Source: Candidatus Cloacimonadales bacterium (lineage in GTDB: Bacteria; Cloacimonadota; Cloacimonadia; Cloacimonadales; JAIOQZ01). Taken from it: a DNA stretch of 64,000 nucleotides. The first letter of the stretch is position 1, and each line of letters opens with the position of its first letter. The notes beneath the pieces were generated by a model. That model was given only the letters and a program-made list of their open reading frames with translations. It ran no database searches and had not been told where the DNA came from. The stretch spans positions 2,880,001 to 2,944,000 of the forward strand of contig OY762463.1 in the NCBI GenBank assembly GCA_963665815.1, in the 5' to 3' direction. Shown here piece by piece: positions 50,559 to 59,993 of the stretch. A program made the position numbers and the translations under genes.

Positions 50559-50726
50559 ATGAAAATAGATAAAGAACTATGTGATGTCTGTAGTACATGT
50601 GCTGCAGCATGTCCTGTTGATGCAATAACAATCAGCGAATTCGATGTAAAAATAGATGAAGAAAAATGTGTGCATTGCGGTAATTGTATTATCAGCTGTC
50701 CGATCAGTGCGATTTCGGAGGAATAA
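50559..50726 (+). CDS. 2[4Fe-4S] ferredoxin, 55 aa (absent from the ORF track)
   Basis: MKIDKELCDVCSTCAAACPVDAITISEFDVKIDEEKCVHCGNCIISCPISAISEE; two CxxCxxCxxxCP motifs; SD gaggg; its stop overlaps the next ATG (TAATG). Confidence 0.95.
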   Translation: MKIDKELCDVCSTCAAACPVDAITISEFDVKIDEEKCVHCGNCIISCPISAISEE

Positions 50727-51907
50727 TGTTTTATGATGTAGTCGTGGTTGGTGCCGGCCCGGCAGGAGCAGTAGCAGCCTGGTATGCAGCGAAAAGCGGA
50801 GCTTCCGTTCTGCTTCTTGAGAGAGACAGAGAACCAGGAATTCCTGTAAGATGTGCCGAAGGTGCTTCTCAGGCAGGAGTTCATGAATTTCTCGACCCTG
50901 ATCCACGCTGGGTTTCCGCAAAGACCAATACACTTAGAATTATATCTCCTGATGGAAACCATGCTGATCTTAATCACTTGAGAGATGCTTACATTCTTGA
51001 GAGAAGAGTTTTTGATAAAACCTTATGCGATAAAGCGTGCAATGCCGGAGCAAAACTTCTTGTCAAAGCTGATGCTGTAAGGCTTTACAAAGAAAATGAC
51101 GTTGTAAAAGGTGTTGTTTTCAGGCATCTTGGAGAAGAGAAAACTGTCCGTTGTAATATCGTTATAGGAGCAGACGGCATCGAATCAAAAGTCGGCCGTT
51201 GGGCAGGAATCAGAACCGAACTGAAGGTTGAAGATCTGGAACCTACAGCTCAATATACACTTACAGGAATCAAAGTTGATTCAACTGTCAGTCAGTTTTT
51301 TGTAGGTGCTAAATACGCTCCGGGGGGTTATGCCTGGATTTTCCCGAAATCCGAGACCTCCGCTAATGTTGGACTGGGAATTGCAACACAGATGGCAGAA
51401 GGGAAAAACGCTAAATACTATCTTGATAAATTTGTAGATGATGTATTCCCGGATGCATCGAGAAACTATCTTGTTCTCGGCAGTGTACCTACTTCCGGAA
51501 CACTTCCGCAGATCACAACTGACAATGTTATGCTTGTAGGGGATGCAGCCCGTCAGGTTGATCCGCTTACGGGTGCAGGAATTCTCAACGGTATGTTTGC
51601 AGCTAAAATTGCCGGAACTATTGCCGGTGATGCTTTAAAGAAGAAAGACTTCTCAAACAAATTCCTGAAGAAATATCAGAAGCAATGGCATAATGATCTT
51701 GGTAAAAGACTGGCTATTCTTCATGAGTTGAAAGAAACTTATTTCGGATTTTCGGAAGAACGCTTCAATAATATTGTTAAGAGTCTGAATAAAATGCCGT
51801 CATCAGATATCGATGTTAAGAAACTGTTTGTAACAGCAGTAAAGGATGATCCGAAACTTGTACTACAAGTAAGTAAAGCATTTCTCATAGGAAATTTTAT
51901 AAAGTAA
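50726..51907 (+). CDS. Geranylgeranyl reductase family FAD oxidoreductase (digeranylgeranylglycerophospholipid reductase-like)
   Basis: YDVVVVGAGPAG, PVRCAEG, GADG, APGGYAWIFPK (PxxYxWxFP) and GDAARQVDPLTGAGI motifs; start ATG 50726 follows ggagg. Confidence 0.88.
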   Translation: MFYDVVVVGAGPAGAVAAWYAAKSGASVLLLERDREPGIPVRCAEGASQAGVHEFLDPDPRWVSAKTNTLRIISPDGNHADLNHLRDAYILERRVFDKTLCDKACNAGAKLLVKADAVRLYKENDVVKGVVFRHLGEEKTVRCNIVIGADGIESKVGRWAGIRTELKVEDLEPTAQYTLTGIKVDSTVSQFFVGAKYAPGGYAWIFPKSETSANVGLGIATQMAEGKNAKYYLDKFVDDVFPDASRNYLVLGSVPTSGTLPQITTDNVMLVGDAARQVDPLTGAGILNGMFAAKIAGTIAGDALKKKDFSNKFLKKYQKQWHNDLGKRLAILHELKETYFGFSEERFNNIVKSLNKMPSSDIDVKKLFVTAVKDDPKLVLQVSKAFLIGNFIK

Positions 51908-52498
51908 ATGAAAAAGAAATACAGAACGGAAATTTACAGGAAGCTGATTCACATCAGCTCTCTTGCTATCCCGATGTCTTTCCGTTTCATTGTTAGTAGA
52001 ACCACTATGCTTCGCGTACTGATTCCATTAACGCTTATTGTATTTGCAATAGAAATAATCAGATTAGAGAATAAGTCACTCAAACGTATATTTTACAGTC
52101 TTTTCGGCATTATGCTGAGGCGTCATGAAATAAATAATTACACAGGTGCATCTTATCTGATGGTATCGGCTATTTTCTGTATATCATTTTTCCCGGCAGA
52201 TATAGCATTCCTGGCATTATCATCTCTGGCAATTGGAGATACTTTTGCCGCTATCATAGGTATGATGTACGGGAAAAGAAAGATCCGCGGATCGAAGAAA
52301 AGCCTGGAAGGATCACTGGCATGCTTTGTAACAACATGTGCTTATGCTCTGTTGTTCGGAGCCCATCCGTTGATTGCTATTGTTGGAGGTATATCCACGA
52401 CAATAGCTGAAACTTCGTCAATCCCGATTGATGACAATATAAAAATCCCAATAATATCAGCAGTGGCTATGACAGCGGCTCAGCTGTTTATCTTTTAA
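51908..52498 (+). CDS. CTP-dependent polyprenol/phytol/dolichol kinase family membrane protein (SEC59/VTE5/DGK1-like)
   Basis: RKLIH, GDTFAAIIG, KKSLEGS and DDN motifs; multiple TM segments. Confidence 0.85.
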   Translation: MKKKYRTEIYRKLIHISSLAIPMSFRFIVSRTTMLRVLIPLTLIVFAIEIIRLENKSLKRIFYSLFGIMLRRHEINNYTGASYLMVSAIFCISFFPADIAFLALSSLAIGDTFAAIIGMMYGKRKIRGSKKSLEGSLACFVTTCAYALLFGAHPLIAIVGGISTTIAETSSIPIDDNIKIPIISAVAMTAAQLFIF

Positions 52499-52507
52499 GA
52501 GGTTTAA

Positions 52508-53449
52508 ATGTTATTATCATTTGTAATCCCTGTTTTTAATGAAGAAGAATCCCTGAACACTCTGTACTCGGAGATAATCGAGAACGCAAAAGCTTATGAT
52601 TACGAGATCATATTTATTGATGATGGTAGTACCGACAAAAGTTTTGATGTTATGAGCAGTCTTGCAGATAAAGACTTGAATGTAAAGATTGTCAGATTCA
52701 GAAAAAACTTTGGTAAGGCTACAGGTCTGAATGTCGGATTCGAACATGCTCAGGGTGATATAGTATTCACAATGGATGCAGATCTTCAGGATGACCCGAA
52801 GGAAATACCGAGATTCATAGAAAAAATGAATGAAGGCTATGATCTTGTTTCGGGTTGGAAAGAAAACAGAAAAGATCCTATTCATAAGACTCTGCCTTCA
52901 AAGCTGTTTAACAAAGTAACCTCAAAAACATTTAATGTTAATCTGCATGATCATAACTGTGGATTCAAAGCATACAAAAAAGAAGTTATTCAGGAACTGG
53001 ATATCTATGGAGAACTACACAGATTTGTTCCTCCTCTGGCGGGAGCAAAAGGATTTAAAATAACTGAAATCCCTGTGCATCATCGTAAGAGAGAATTCGG
53101 TAAATCCAAATATGGGTCAAAGAGACTTCTCAGAGGTTTTCTCGATCTTCTTACAGTCAAGCTGGTGACGCACTATAACCAGAGCCCTCTGTACTTATTC
53201 GGTAGAACCGGTACGATGTTTTTCAGTATTGGATTTCTGATAAATCTTTATCTGACTATCATGAAATTTGGTTTTGGACAGCCACTGGCAAACAGACCTT
53301 TGTTATGGTTAGGCATCCTTTTGATTATGGTAGGAATTCAGTTTTTCTCTATCGGATTGATTGGTGAGTTAATAGTGAATCAGAACAGACATCGGAATAA
53401 ACGTACAACATATTCTATAAAAGAAAAAGTAAATATTGAAAAGGAGTAA
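52508..53449 (+). CDS. GT2 polyprenyl-phosphate glycosyltransferase (DPM1/ArnC/GtrB-like)
   Basis: IPVFNEEE, DDGSTD, RKNFGK, MDADLQDDP and GKSKY motifs; two C-terminal TM helices. Confidence 0.9.
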   Translation: MLLSFVIPVFNEEESLNTLYSEIIENAKAYDYEIIFIDDGSTDKSFDVMSSLADKDLNVKIVRFRKNFGKATGLNVGFEHAQGDIVFTMDADLQDDPKEIPRFIEKMNEGYDLVSGWKENRKDPIHKTLPSKLFNKVTSKTFNVNLHDHNCGFKAYKKEVIQELDIYGELHRFVPPLAGAKGFKITEIPVHHRKREFGKSKYGSKRLLRGFLDLLTVKLVTHYNQSPLYLFGRTGTMFFSIGFLINLYLTIMKFGFGQPLANRPLLWLGILLIMVGIQFFSIGLIGELIVNQNRHRNKRTTYSIKEKVNIEKE

Positions 53450-53453
53450 ATCC

Positions 53454-55166
53454 ATGAGTAATAAAGAAGTTATAAATAAAATCCCACGTAAATACTACGC
53501 AGAAGATATCAATATCACGGAATGGGAAAAAGTAGAGCCATTATATAATGAGCTCCTCGAGATGGAAGTTAACTCAGCAGATGACCTTGTAGCAATGATG
53601 GAAAAATACAGTGAGCTGGAATTTATCCTCATGAACGAAATGGCATGGCGTTATGTTCGCATGACCTGCTACGCCGATGACAAAGAAAAAGAAGAAGCAT
53701 TCAATGATTTCTACGGAAATATTGTTTCTCCTGCAATGAACTACGACTTCAAACTCAAAAAGAAATACTATGAAAGTCCATATAAAAAAGAGTTATCCGA
53801 TGAAAGATATTCTCACCTGAATAAAATTATTTCCAAAGATATTGAGATGTTCAGAGAAGAAAATATATCTCTGATGACCGAAGAACGTAAACTGGCAAAT
53901 AACTACGGATCAATTCTTGGTGGAATGACTGCCGAATATAAAGGTGAAGAAAAAACCATGACTCAGCTTGCTGTGTTTATGAAAGATCCGGACAGATCAG
54001 TCAGAGAAGAAACCTGGAAACTCAGATTCGGTAAGCTTCTTGAAAACAGCAAAAAACTGGATGATCTCTTTAATGAGCTGATGAAGATTCGTAACAAAAT
54101 TGCGGCTAATACTGGGTTTGATAACTATAGAGATTATGAACATAAGAATAAAGGTAGGTTCTCGTATACTCCTGAAGATGTAATGGAATTCCATAAATCT
54201 GTTGAAGAATACGTTGTTCCTTTCATGAAAGAAAAAAACGAAGAAAGAAAACGGAAGCTCGGTGTTGAAAAACTTGAACCATGGGATACAAGTGTTGATC
54301 TTGACGGAAAAATTTTAAAACCGTTCAAAGATACAGATGAGCTCATTGCTCTGTCACAGAATGTTCTCGGAAAAGTTAAACCTGAATTCGGTAAACAGCT
54401 TGAGTTAATGAACAACACAGGACTGCTTGACCTTGCTAACAGAAAAGGCAAAGCTCCGGGTGGATATAACTATCCGCTTCCTGAACTGGGATCATCATTT
54501 ATATTTATGAACTCAGTAGGGCTGCAGTCTGATGTAAGTACTTTACTTCACGAAATGGGACATGCTCTCCATGCAAAAGCTGTTACTGACGAACCTCTGG
54601 CGATATATTCAGAACCACCTAGTGAAGTAGCTGAACTTGCTTCCATGTCTATGGAGCTTCTTTCTATGGATTACTGGGATGAGTATTATGACAATGCCGA
54701 GGATCTGAAGAAAGCTAAACGTGAGCAGCTTGAAGGTACTCTTATGTTCCTGCCATGGTGTATGGTTGTGGATGCTTTCCAGCAATGGATTTACACATCA
54801 GGTGAACACACAAACGAAGAAAGAGCAGAATACTTCAGTAATTTGATGGATCGTTTCGGACTTGGTGAATATTGGGCGAACTATTCAGAAGAGAAGAAGA
54901 ATCGCTGGATGTTCCAGCTTCATATCTTCGAAGTACCTTTCTATTATATTGAATACGGTATTGCTCAACTCGGTGCTCTCAGTATTTACAAGAACTACAA
55001 AGAAAATCCGGGGAAAGCAGTTAAAGACTATGAAGCATTCCTGAAATTGGGTTACTCAAAATCCATGAAAGAAATATATGAGACAGGTGGAATTGATTTC
55101 AGTTTCTCAGCTGATCATATTAAGAAAATTGTAGCTTTTGTAAAAGAAGAACTGCAAAACCTGTAA
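53454..55166 (+). CDS. pepF: Oligoendopeptidase F (M3B)
   Basis: RKGKAPGGY, HEMGH, EVAELASM and PFYYIEY motifs; ATG 53454 follows aggag. Confidence 0.88.
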   Translation: MSNKEVINKIPRKYYAEDINITEWEKVEPLYNELLEMEVNSADDLVAMMEKYSELEFILMNEMAWRYVRMTCYADDKEKEEAFNDFYGNIVSPAMNYDFKLKKKYYESPYKKELSDERYSHLNKIISKDIEMFREENISLMTEERKLANNYGSILGGMTAEYKGEEKTMTQLAVFMKDPDRSVREETWKLRFGKLLENSKKLDDLFNELMKIRNKIAANTGFDNYRDYEHKNKGRFSYTPEDVMEFHKSVEEYVVPFMKEKNEERKRKLGVEKLEPWDTSVDLDGKILKPFKDTDELIALSQNVLGKVKPEFGKQLELMNNTGLLDLANRKGKAPGGYNYPLPELGSSFIFMNSVGLQSDVSTLLHEMGHALHAKAVTDEPLAIYSEPPSEVAELASMSMELLSMDYWDEYYDNAEDLKKAKREQLEGTLMFLPWCMVVDAFQQWIYTSGEHTNEERAEYFSNLMDRFGLGEYWANYSEEKKNRWMFQLHIFEVPFYYIEYGIAQLGALSIYKNYKENPGKAVKDYEAFLKLGYSKSMKEIYETGGIDFSFSADHIKKIVAFVKEELQNL

Positions 55167-55177
55167 AAAGATGTCTA

Positions 55178-56536
55178 ATGGATGCTGATAATATATTTTC
55201 GGTTTCTGAAATAAATTTTCACGTCAAAAACGTACTGGAGAACTCACTTTCCAGAATGTATATTGAAGGTGAAGTAGCAAACTTTACAGCTCATCACTCA
55301 GGACACTTTTACTTCTCCCTGAAGGATGAGCTGTCCTCTATTCGCTGTGTATTTTTTAAATCTGCCAATAAAGGACTGGCTTTTACTCCCAAAACAGGAG
55401 ACAAGGTCATTTGTACCGGAAACATTACTGTTTATGTAAAAAACGGAAGTTATCAACTACAGGTTGCAAATATGTATCCCGCAGGGAAAGGTCTGTTGCA
55501 GATTAAGTTTGAAGAACTGAAAGCAAAGCTGGCAGAGGAAGGCTTGTTTGAGCCTGAGCATAAAAAGGAAATACCGGAGTTTCCGCGTAAAATCGGACTG
55601 GTGACATCTCCTGACGGAGCAGCAGTAAAAGACGTTATATCTGTGAGTGAGCGTAGGTTCCCGGTTGATCTTGTTGTATATCCGGCTCTGATGCAGGGAG
55701 ATAAAGCCTCTGAGACAATTGTAAAAGGTATAGAGTACTTTAATTCATGCGATGATATCGACCTGATAATTGTAACACGTGGGGGAGGATCTCAGGAAGA
55801 TCTGTTTGTTTTTAATGACGAACGTATTGCCAGAGCTGTTTATAAATCCAAAATACCTCTGATTTCTGCTATAGGGCATGAGATAGATTTTACCATCTGT
55901 GATTTTGTTGCTGATCTGCGAGCTCCAACACCCTCATCTGCAGCTGAAATAGCCGTTCCGAATAAAGAAAACGTGATTGCGGATTTGATGATGAAATATT
56001 CCCGTATACTTTCTTTATTCAGGAGTAAGCTGGATTTCTCTGAGAAACAGTTAATGAGATTTAAACTCAGACTTGCAGATAGACACCCTAAAAACGTTCT
56101 CAGGCAAAACAGACAGGAAATGGAAAAGCTTAGTTTGAGACTGTTGAGCAGTAAAAATCAAGTGCAGGACATGAGAAATTCTGTATCTTATGAGAACGAT
56201 AAACTCCGTAAATATTTGAATAAGTTCCGAATAGATTTGTTGAACAGGCAGAATCAAGTTATGCAGAAGTTCAGAAGTTTGAAAAGCAGTTCAGATAAAT
56301 GGCTCATGAATAGAAGTGACGATCTGAGAAGCAGAAAGGAAGATTTGCGGGAGCTGTCTCCATATAATGCTCTCAAGCGTGGATATGCTGTCCTGAAAAA
56401 GGAACGTAAAATACTTAAGTCTGTAAAACAGATGGAAAAGGGCATGGCGTTCCAGATTGTACTGAATGACGGGATAGCTGAATGTGAATGCATAGATATT
56501 GTCGGTAAGTCAGAAGATAGAGATAATTTCATGTAA
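55178..56536 (+). CDS. xseA: Exodeoxyribonuclease VII large subunit
   Basis: GEVANF...SGHFYFSLKD, RGGGS, SAIGHEID and APTPS motifs. Confidence 0.95.
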   Translation: MDADNIFSVSEINFHVKNVLENSLSRMYIEGEVANFTAHHSGHFYFSLKDELSSIRCVFFKSANKGLAFTPKTGDKVICTGNITVYVKNGSYQLQVANMYPAGKGLLQIKFEELKAKLAEEGLFEPEHKKEIPEFPRKIGLVTSPDGAAVKDVISVSERRFPVDLVVYPALMQGDKASETIVKGIEYFNSCDDIDLIIVTRGGGSQEDLFVFNDERIARAVYKSKIPLISAIGHEIDFTICDFVADLRAPTPSSAAEIAVPNKENVIADLMMKYSRILSLFRSKLDFSEKQLMRFKLRLADRHPKNVLRQNRQEMEKLSLRLLSSKNQVQDMRNSVSYENDKLRKYLNKFRIDLLNRQNQVMQKFRSLKSSSDKWLMNRSDDLRSRKEDLRELSPYNALKRGYAVLKKERKILKSVKQMEKGMAFQIVLNDGIAECECIDIVGKSEDRDNFM

Positions 56537-56676
56537 TTAATAAACATCTGTGACGTTCTGAAAAAAGAAAGTAATCTTAATTGTTGACATTATGCAGTAA
56601 AAGATTTCTATAAGGTGTCATGGTAGTTGTTTTTCAACAACTTGCATGTAAATGACTGAATTGAAATGAGGTTCCA

Positions 56677-58539
56677 ATGCTGGAAAAGATAAAGAAACCA
56701 AGAGATATACGAAAACTGGGATTCAAAGAACTTATTTTGCTTGCTGAAGATGTGAGACAACGAATTATTGAAGTAACAGCCCAAAACGGGGGACATCTTG
56801 CTCCTAGTTTGGGAGCAACGGATATTGCAATTGCCTTGCTGAAAGTATTTGATCCGGTTACACATAGAATCGTCTGGGATGTGGGACATCAGTCTTATGC
56901 CTGGAAGATACTGACTGAAAGAAACGAACGCTTTGATACTCTCAGACAATTTGGTGGAATAAGCGGATTTAACAACATATTCGAGAGCAAATACGATGCA
57001 TTCAGTGTTGGGCACTCCAGTACATCCATTTCGGCTGCTCTTGGGATAAATGTTGCTGATGAGCTTCAGGGAATTAACCATAGAACTATCGCTGTTATCG
57101 GTGACGGAGCTTTGACAGGGGGGATATCTTTCGAAGCAATAAATAATGCAGGTGGAATGCAGAAGAATTTGATTGTTATCTTGAATGACAATGAGATGTC
57201 CATTTCAAAAAATGTGGGAGCATTGCAGAATTATCTTACGAATGTGCTCGTGAGTAAATCCTACAATTCTCTTAAAGACAAAGTCTGGAATTTATCTCAG
57301 GCACTACCTACAGCGATCAAAAGAAAATTTATTACCGGAGCACAAAAGTTAGAGGAATCTCTGATAAATATCCTTGTACCGAATATTATTTTCGAAGATC
57401 TCGGATTCAAGTATGTTGGTCCAATAGATGGACATGATATTCCGAGAATGGTTAGAATTTTGAACAAAGTACACCATAATGTGATTGGTCCCGTGTTTAT
57501 TCATATGCTTACCCAGAAAGGAAAAGGCTGTCACTTTGCTGAAGATAACTCGCAGAAATTCCACGGAGTCGGACCTTATGAGAGAAAAACCGGCGTAACC
57601 AAGATGAAACCTACTTCTTATTCCGGTGCATTCGGGAAAAAACTTTGTGAGTTGGCAAAAACAAACAAAAAAGTTGTTGCTGTTACTGCTGCCATGACCG
57701 ATGGAACGGGACTGACTGACTTTGCTAAAAAATTCCCTAAACGTTTTTTTGACGTAGGTATAGCAGAACAACATGCCGTGACTTTTGCCGGAGGTATGGC
57801 TGTCAGGGGAATTAAACCGTTCGTTGCTATATATTCGACATTTATCCAGAGAGCTTTCGATCAGGTTGTGCACGATATAGCTATGCAGAAATTACCTGTA
57901 GTGATATGCCTCGACAGAGCCGGATTGGTTGGAGAAGACGGAGCAACCCATCAGGGTGTATTCGATCTTTCCTTCCTCAAGACCGTTCCTGAACTTATTA
58001 TTATGGCACCATCCTGCAGGCAGGAACTGGAGCAGATGCTTGATTTTGCTGCCGAGTATCAAGATGGACCAATTATCATTAGATATCCTCGTGGAACTGC
58101 CAGAATGTGTGAGAGAGAACTCCCGTCAGTGGAATCTTATAAATCAGAAGTAATCCGAGAAGGTAAGAAGATTGCAGTGTTCTCAATCGGTAAAGCTCTG
58201 GAGGATGCAGAGAATATTTGCGATCTGATAGAAAAAGAAACCGGTAATAAAGCGGGGCTGGTGAATCTACGATTCCTGAAACCTCTTGATAAGGAAACAC
58301 TCGATACAATTGCCAAAAACTACGATTATGTTGTAACGCTTGAGGATAATGCCCTTATCGGTGGAATGGGCGAATCTGTAAAAGCCTACTATTGTAATTC
58401 CGATGTAAAAGTATATAGTTATGGTATCCCGGATTTCTTTGTTGAACACGGAGCTGTAAAAGTACTTAAAGAACACCTTAACCTGACACCTGAACAGGTT
58501 TGGGAAGATCTGAAGACAGTTATTGCAGAAGAGTTCTGA
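56677..58539 (+). CDS. dxs: 1-deoxy-D-xylulose-5-phosphate synthase
   Basis: GGHLAPSLG, WDVGHQSY, GDGA..G...EA.NN, GIAEQHAV and GEDGATH motifs. Confidence 0.97.
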   Translation: MLEKIKKPRDIRKLGFKELILLAEDVRQRIIEVTAQNGGHLAPSLGATDIAIALLKVFDPVTHRIVWDVGHQSYAWKILTERNERFDTLRQFGGISGFNNIFESKYDAFSVGHSSTSISAALGINVADELQGINHRTIAVIGDGALTGGISFEAINNAGGMQKNLIVILNDNEMSISKNVGALQNYLTNVLVSKSYNSLKDKVWNLSQALPTAIKRKFITGAQKLEESLINILVPNIIFEDLGFKYVGPIDGHDIPRMVRILNKVHHNVIGPVFIHMLTQKGKGCHFAEDNSQKFHGVGPYERKTGVTKMKPTSYSGAFGKKLCELAKTNKKVVAVTAAMTDGTGLTDFAKKFPKRFFDVGIAEQHAVTFAGGMAVRGIKPFVAIYSTFIQRAFDQVVHDIAMQKLPVVICLDRAGLVGEDGATHQGVFDLSFLKTVPELIIMAPSCRQELEQMLDFAAEYQDGPIIIRYPRGTARMCERELPSVESYKSEVIREGKKIAVFSIGKALEDAENICDLIEKETGNKAGLVNLRFLKPLDKETLDTIAKNYDYVVTLEDNALIGGMGESVKAYYCNSDVKVYSYGIPDFFVEHGAVKVLKEHLNLTPEQVWEDLKTVIAEEF

Positions 58540-58540
58540 A

Positions 58541-59884
58541 ATGAATTCTAATGATACAATAGCCGCAATATCAACTCCTTCCGGAAACGGTGCAATATCT
58601 GTAATAAGAATCAGTGGTCCGGATTCATTCGAGACTGTTCAATCTATATTCAGCTCGAAACTGCCCGAACCAGGTACAATTAAGTATGGAAAAATTACAG
58701 ATGATTCAAGAGTGATTGATGATGTTGTAGTAACCTGTTTCAAATCTCCTGCAAGTTACACAGGAGAGGATATTGTTGAGATTTCCTGTCATGGAAATCA
58801 GTTTATTGCTAGGCAGATTCTGGAAGTACTCCTGATAAAAGTCAGAATTGCAGAACCCGGAGAATTTACTCAGAGAGCATTTCTGAATGGGAAAATGGAT
58901 TTAACACAGGCAGAGGCTGTTGGTGATCTGCTTATGGCTAAAACAAGGATTTCTCAGATGGCAGCTCTTGATCAATTGCATGGTGTTCTGCATAAGAAAA
59001 TCAGCAAAATCCATAAAAAAATGACTGATACAAGAATTCTGCTTGAACTGGAGATAGATTTTTCGGAGCAAGAATTACCGGATATAGATGTAGAATCTGT
59101 AGTTACTGACTTGGCTGATGTTAAAGCGAAGCTTGAGAATCTTGCAGAGTCAGGAGATGCCGGATTAATAATCAGAGATGGATTTCGTATCAGTTTTGCC
59201 GGAATGCCTAATGTTGGTAAATCAAGTCTTTTCAATGCCTTTCTGGAAACAGAAAGAGCAATTGTTACACCGGTACCGGGTACAACAAGAGATTATATAG
59301 AAGAAGCTGTTTCCATTGAAGGATATCTGGTCAGATTTTTTGATACTGCAGGGCTAAGGGATTCTGATGATCACATTGAATTAATGGGAATGGAAAGATC
59401 CCGAAAAATGATAGATGAGTCACATTGTATATTTGCAGTTTATGATGCATCAAATGTTCTGACAGGAAGTGAGTGCCAGGAGACATTTGAAGGGCTGAAT
59501 AAACCTGTAATAAAAATTGCGAATAAATCAGATTTGATATCTGAAGAACAAAAACATTTATTGAATGAAAAGAATTATATAGTTTGTTCAGCAGTAACCA
59601 AAGAAGGTTTTAAGTTACTGGAAGAAACAATAATAGATTTAATTAACACCGGTGCGGCAGAAATTCATGACGGTATGTTGACGAATACAAGGCAGATTTC
59701 TGCTTGCAGAAGAGCTGTTAATGGAGTGGATAGGAGCATAACAGCACTTGAATCCGGTTTGGGATTTGAGTTTGCTGCATTTGATTTAAAAGAGGCGTGT
59801 CAGGCACTTGAGGAAATAACGGGTGCAGTTTCAACAGATGATCTTCTTAATAGAATTTTCTCGAATTTTTGTATAGGTAAATAG
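58541..59884 (+). CDS. mnmE: tRNA modification GTPase MnmE
   Basis: DTIAAISTP, GMPNVGKSS, GTTRD, DTAG and NKSD motifs; C-terminal FCIGK. Confidence 0.97.
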   Translation: MNSNDTIAAISTPSGNGAISVIRISGPDSFETVQSIFSSKLPEPGTIKYGKITDDSRVIDDVVVTCFKSPASYTGEDIVEISCHGNQFIARQILEVLLIKVRIAEPGEFTQRAFLNGKMDLTQAEAVGDLLMAKTRISQMAALDQLHGVLHKKISKIHKKMTDTRILLELEIDFSEQELPDIDVESVVTDLADVKAKLENLAESGDAGLIIRDGFRISFAGMPNVGKSSLFNAFLETERAIVTPVPGTTRDYIEEAVSIEGYLVRFFDTAGLRDSDDHIELMGMERSRKMIDESHCIFAVYDASNVLTGSECQETFEGLNKPVIKIANKSDLISEEQKHLLNEKNYIVCSAVTKEGFKLLEETIIDLINTGAAEIHDGMLTNTRQISACRRAVNGVDRSITALESGLGFEFAAFDLKEACQALEEITGAVSTDDLLNRIFSNFCIGK

Positions 59885-59993
59885 CTATTCATAATTAAAG
59901 AATTCAGATTATAATTTTATTGCTAATACAGCATATTTTAAGTATCTTATTATTGCAAAGTAAATATCAATCAGAATTAAGGAGTATGTAAGT

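Noticed and set aside
56619-56648. Hairpin in the dxs leader (agttgtt/aacaact)
   Set aside because: Weak AT-rich stem with no U tract and no alternative structure; it cannot be distinguished from chance.
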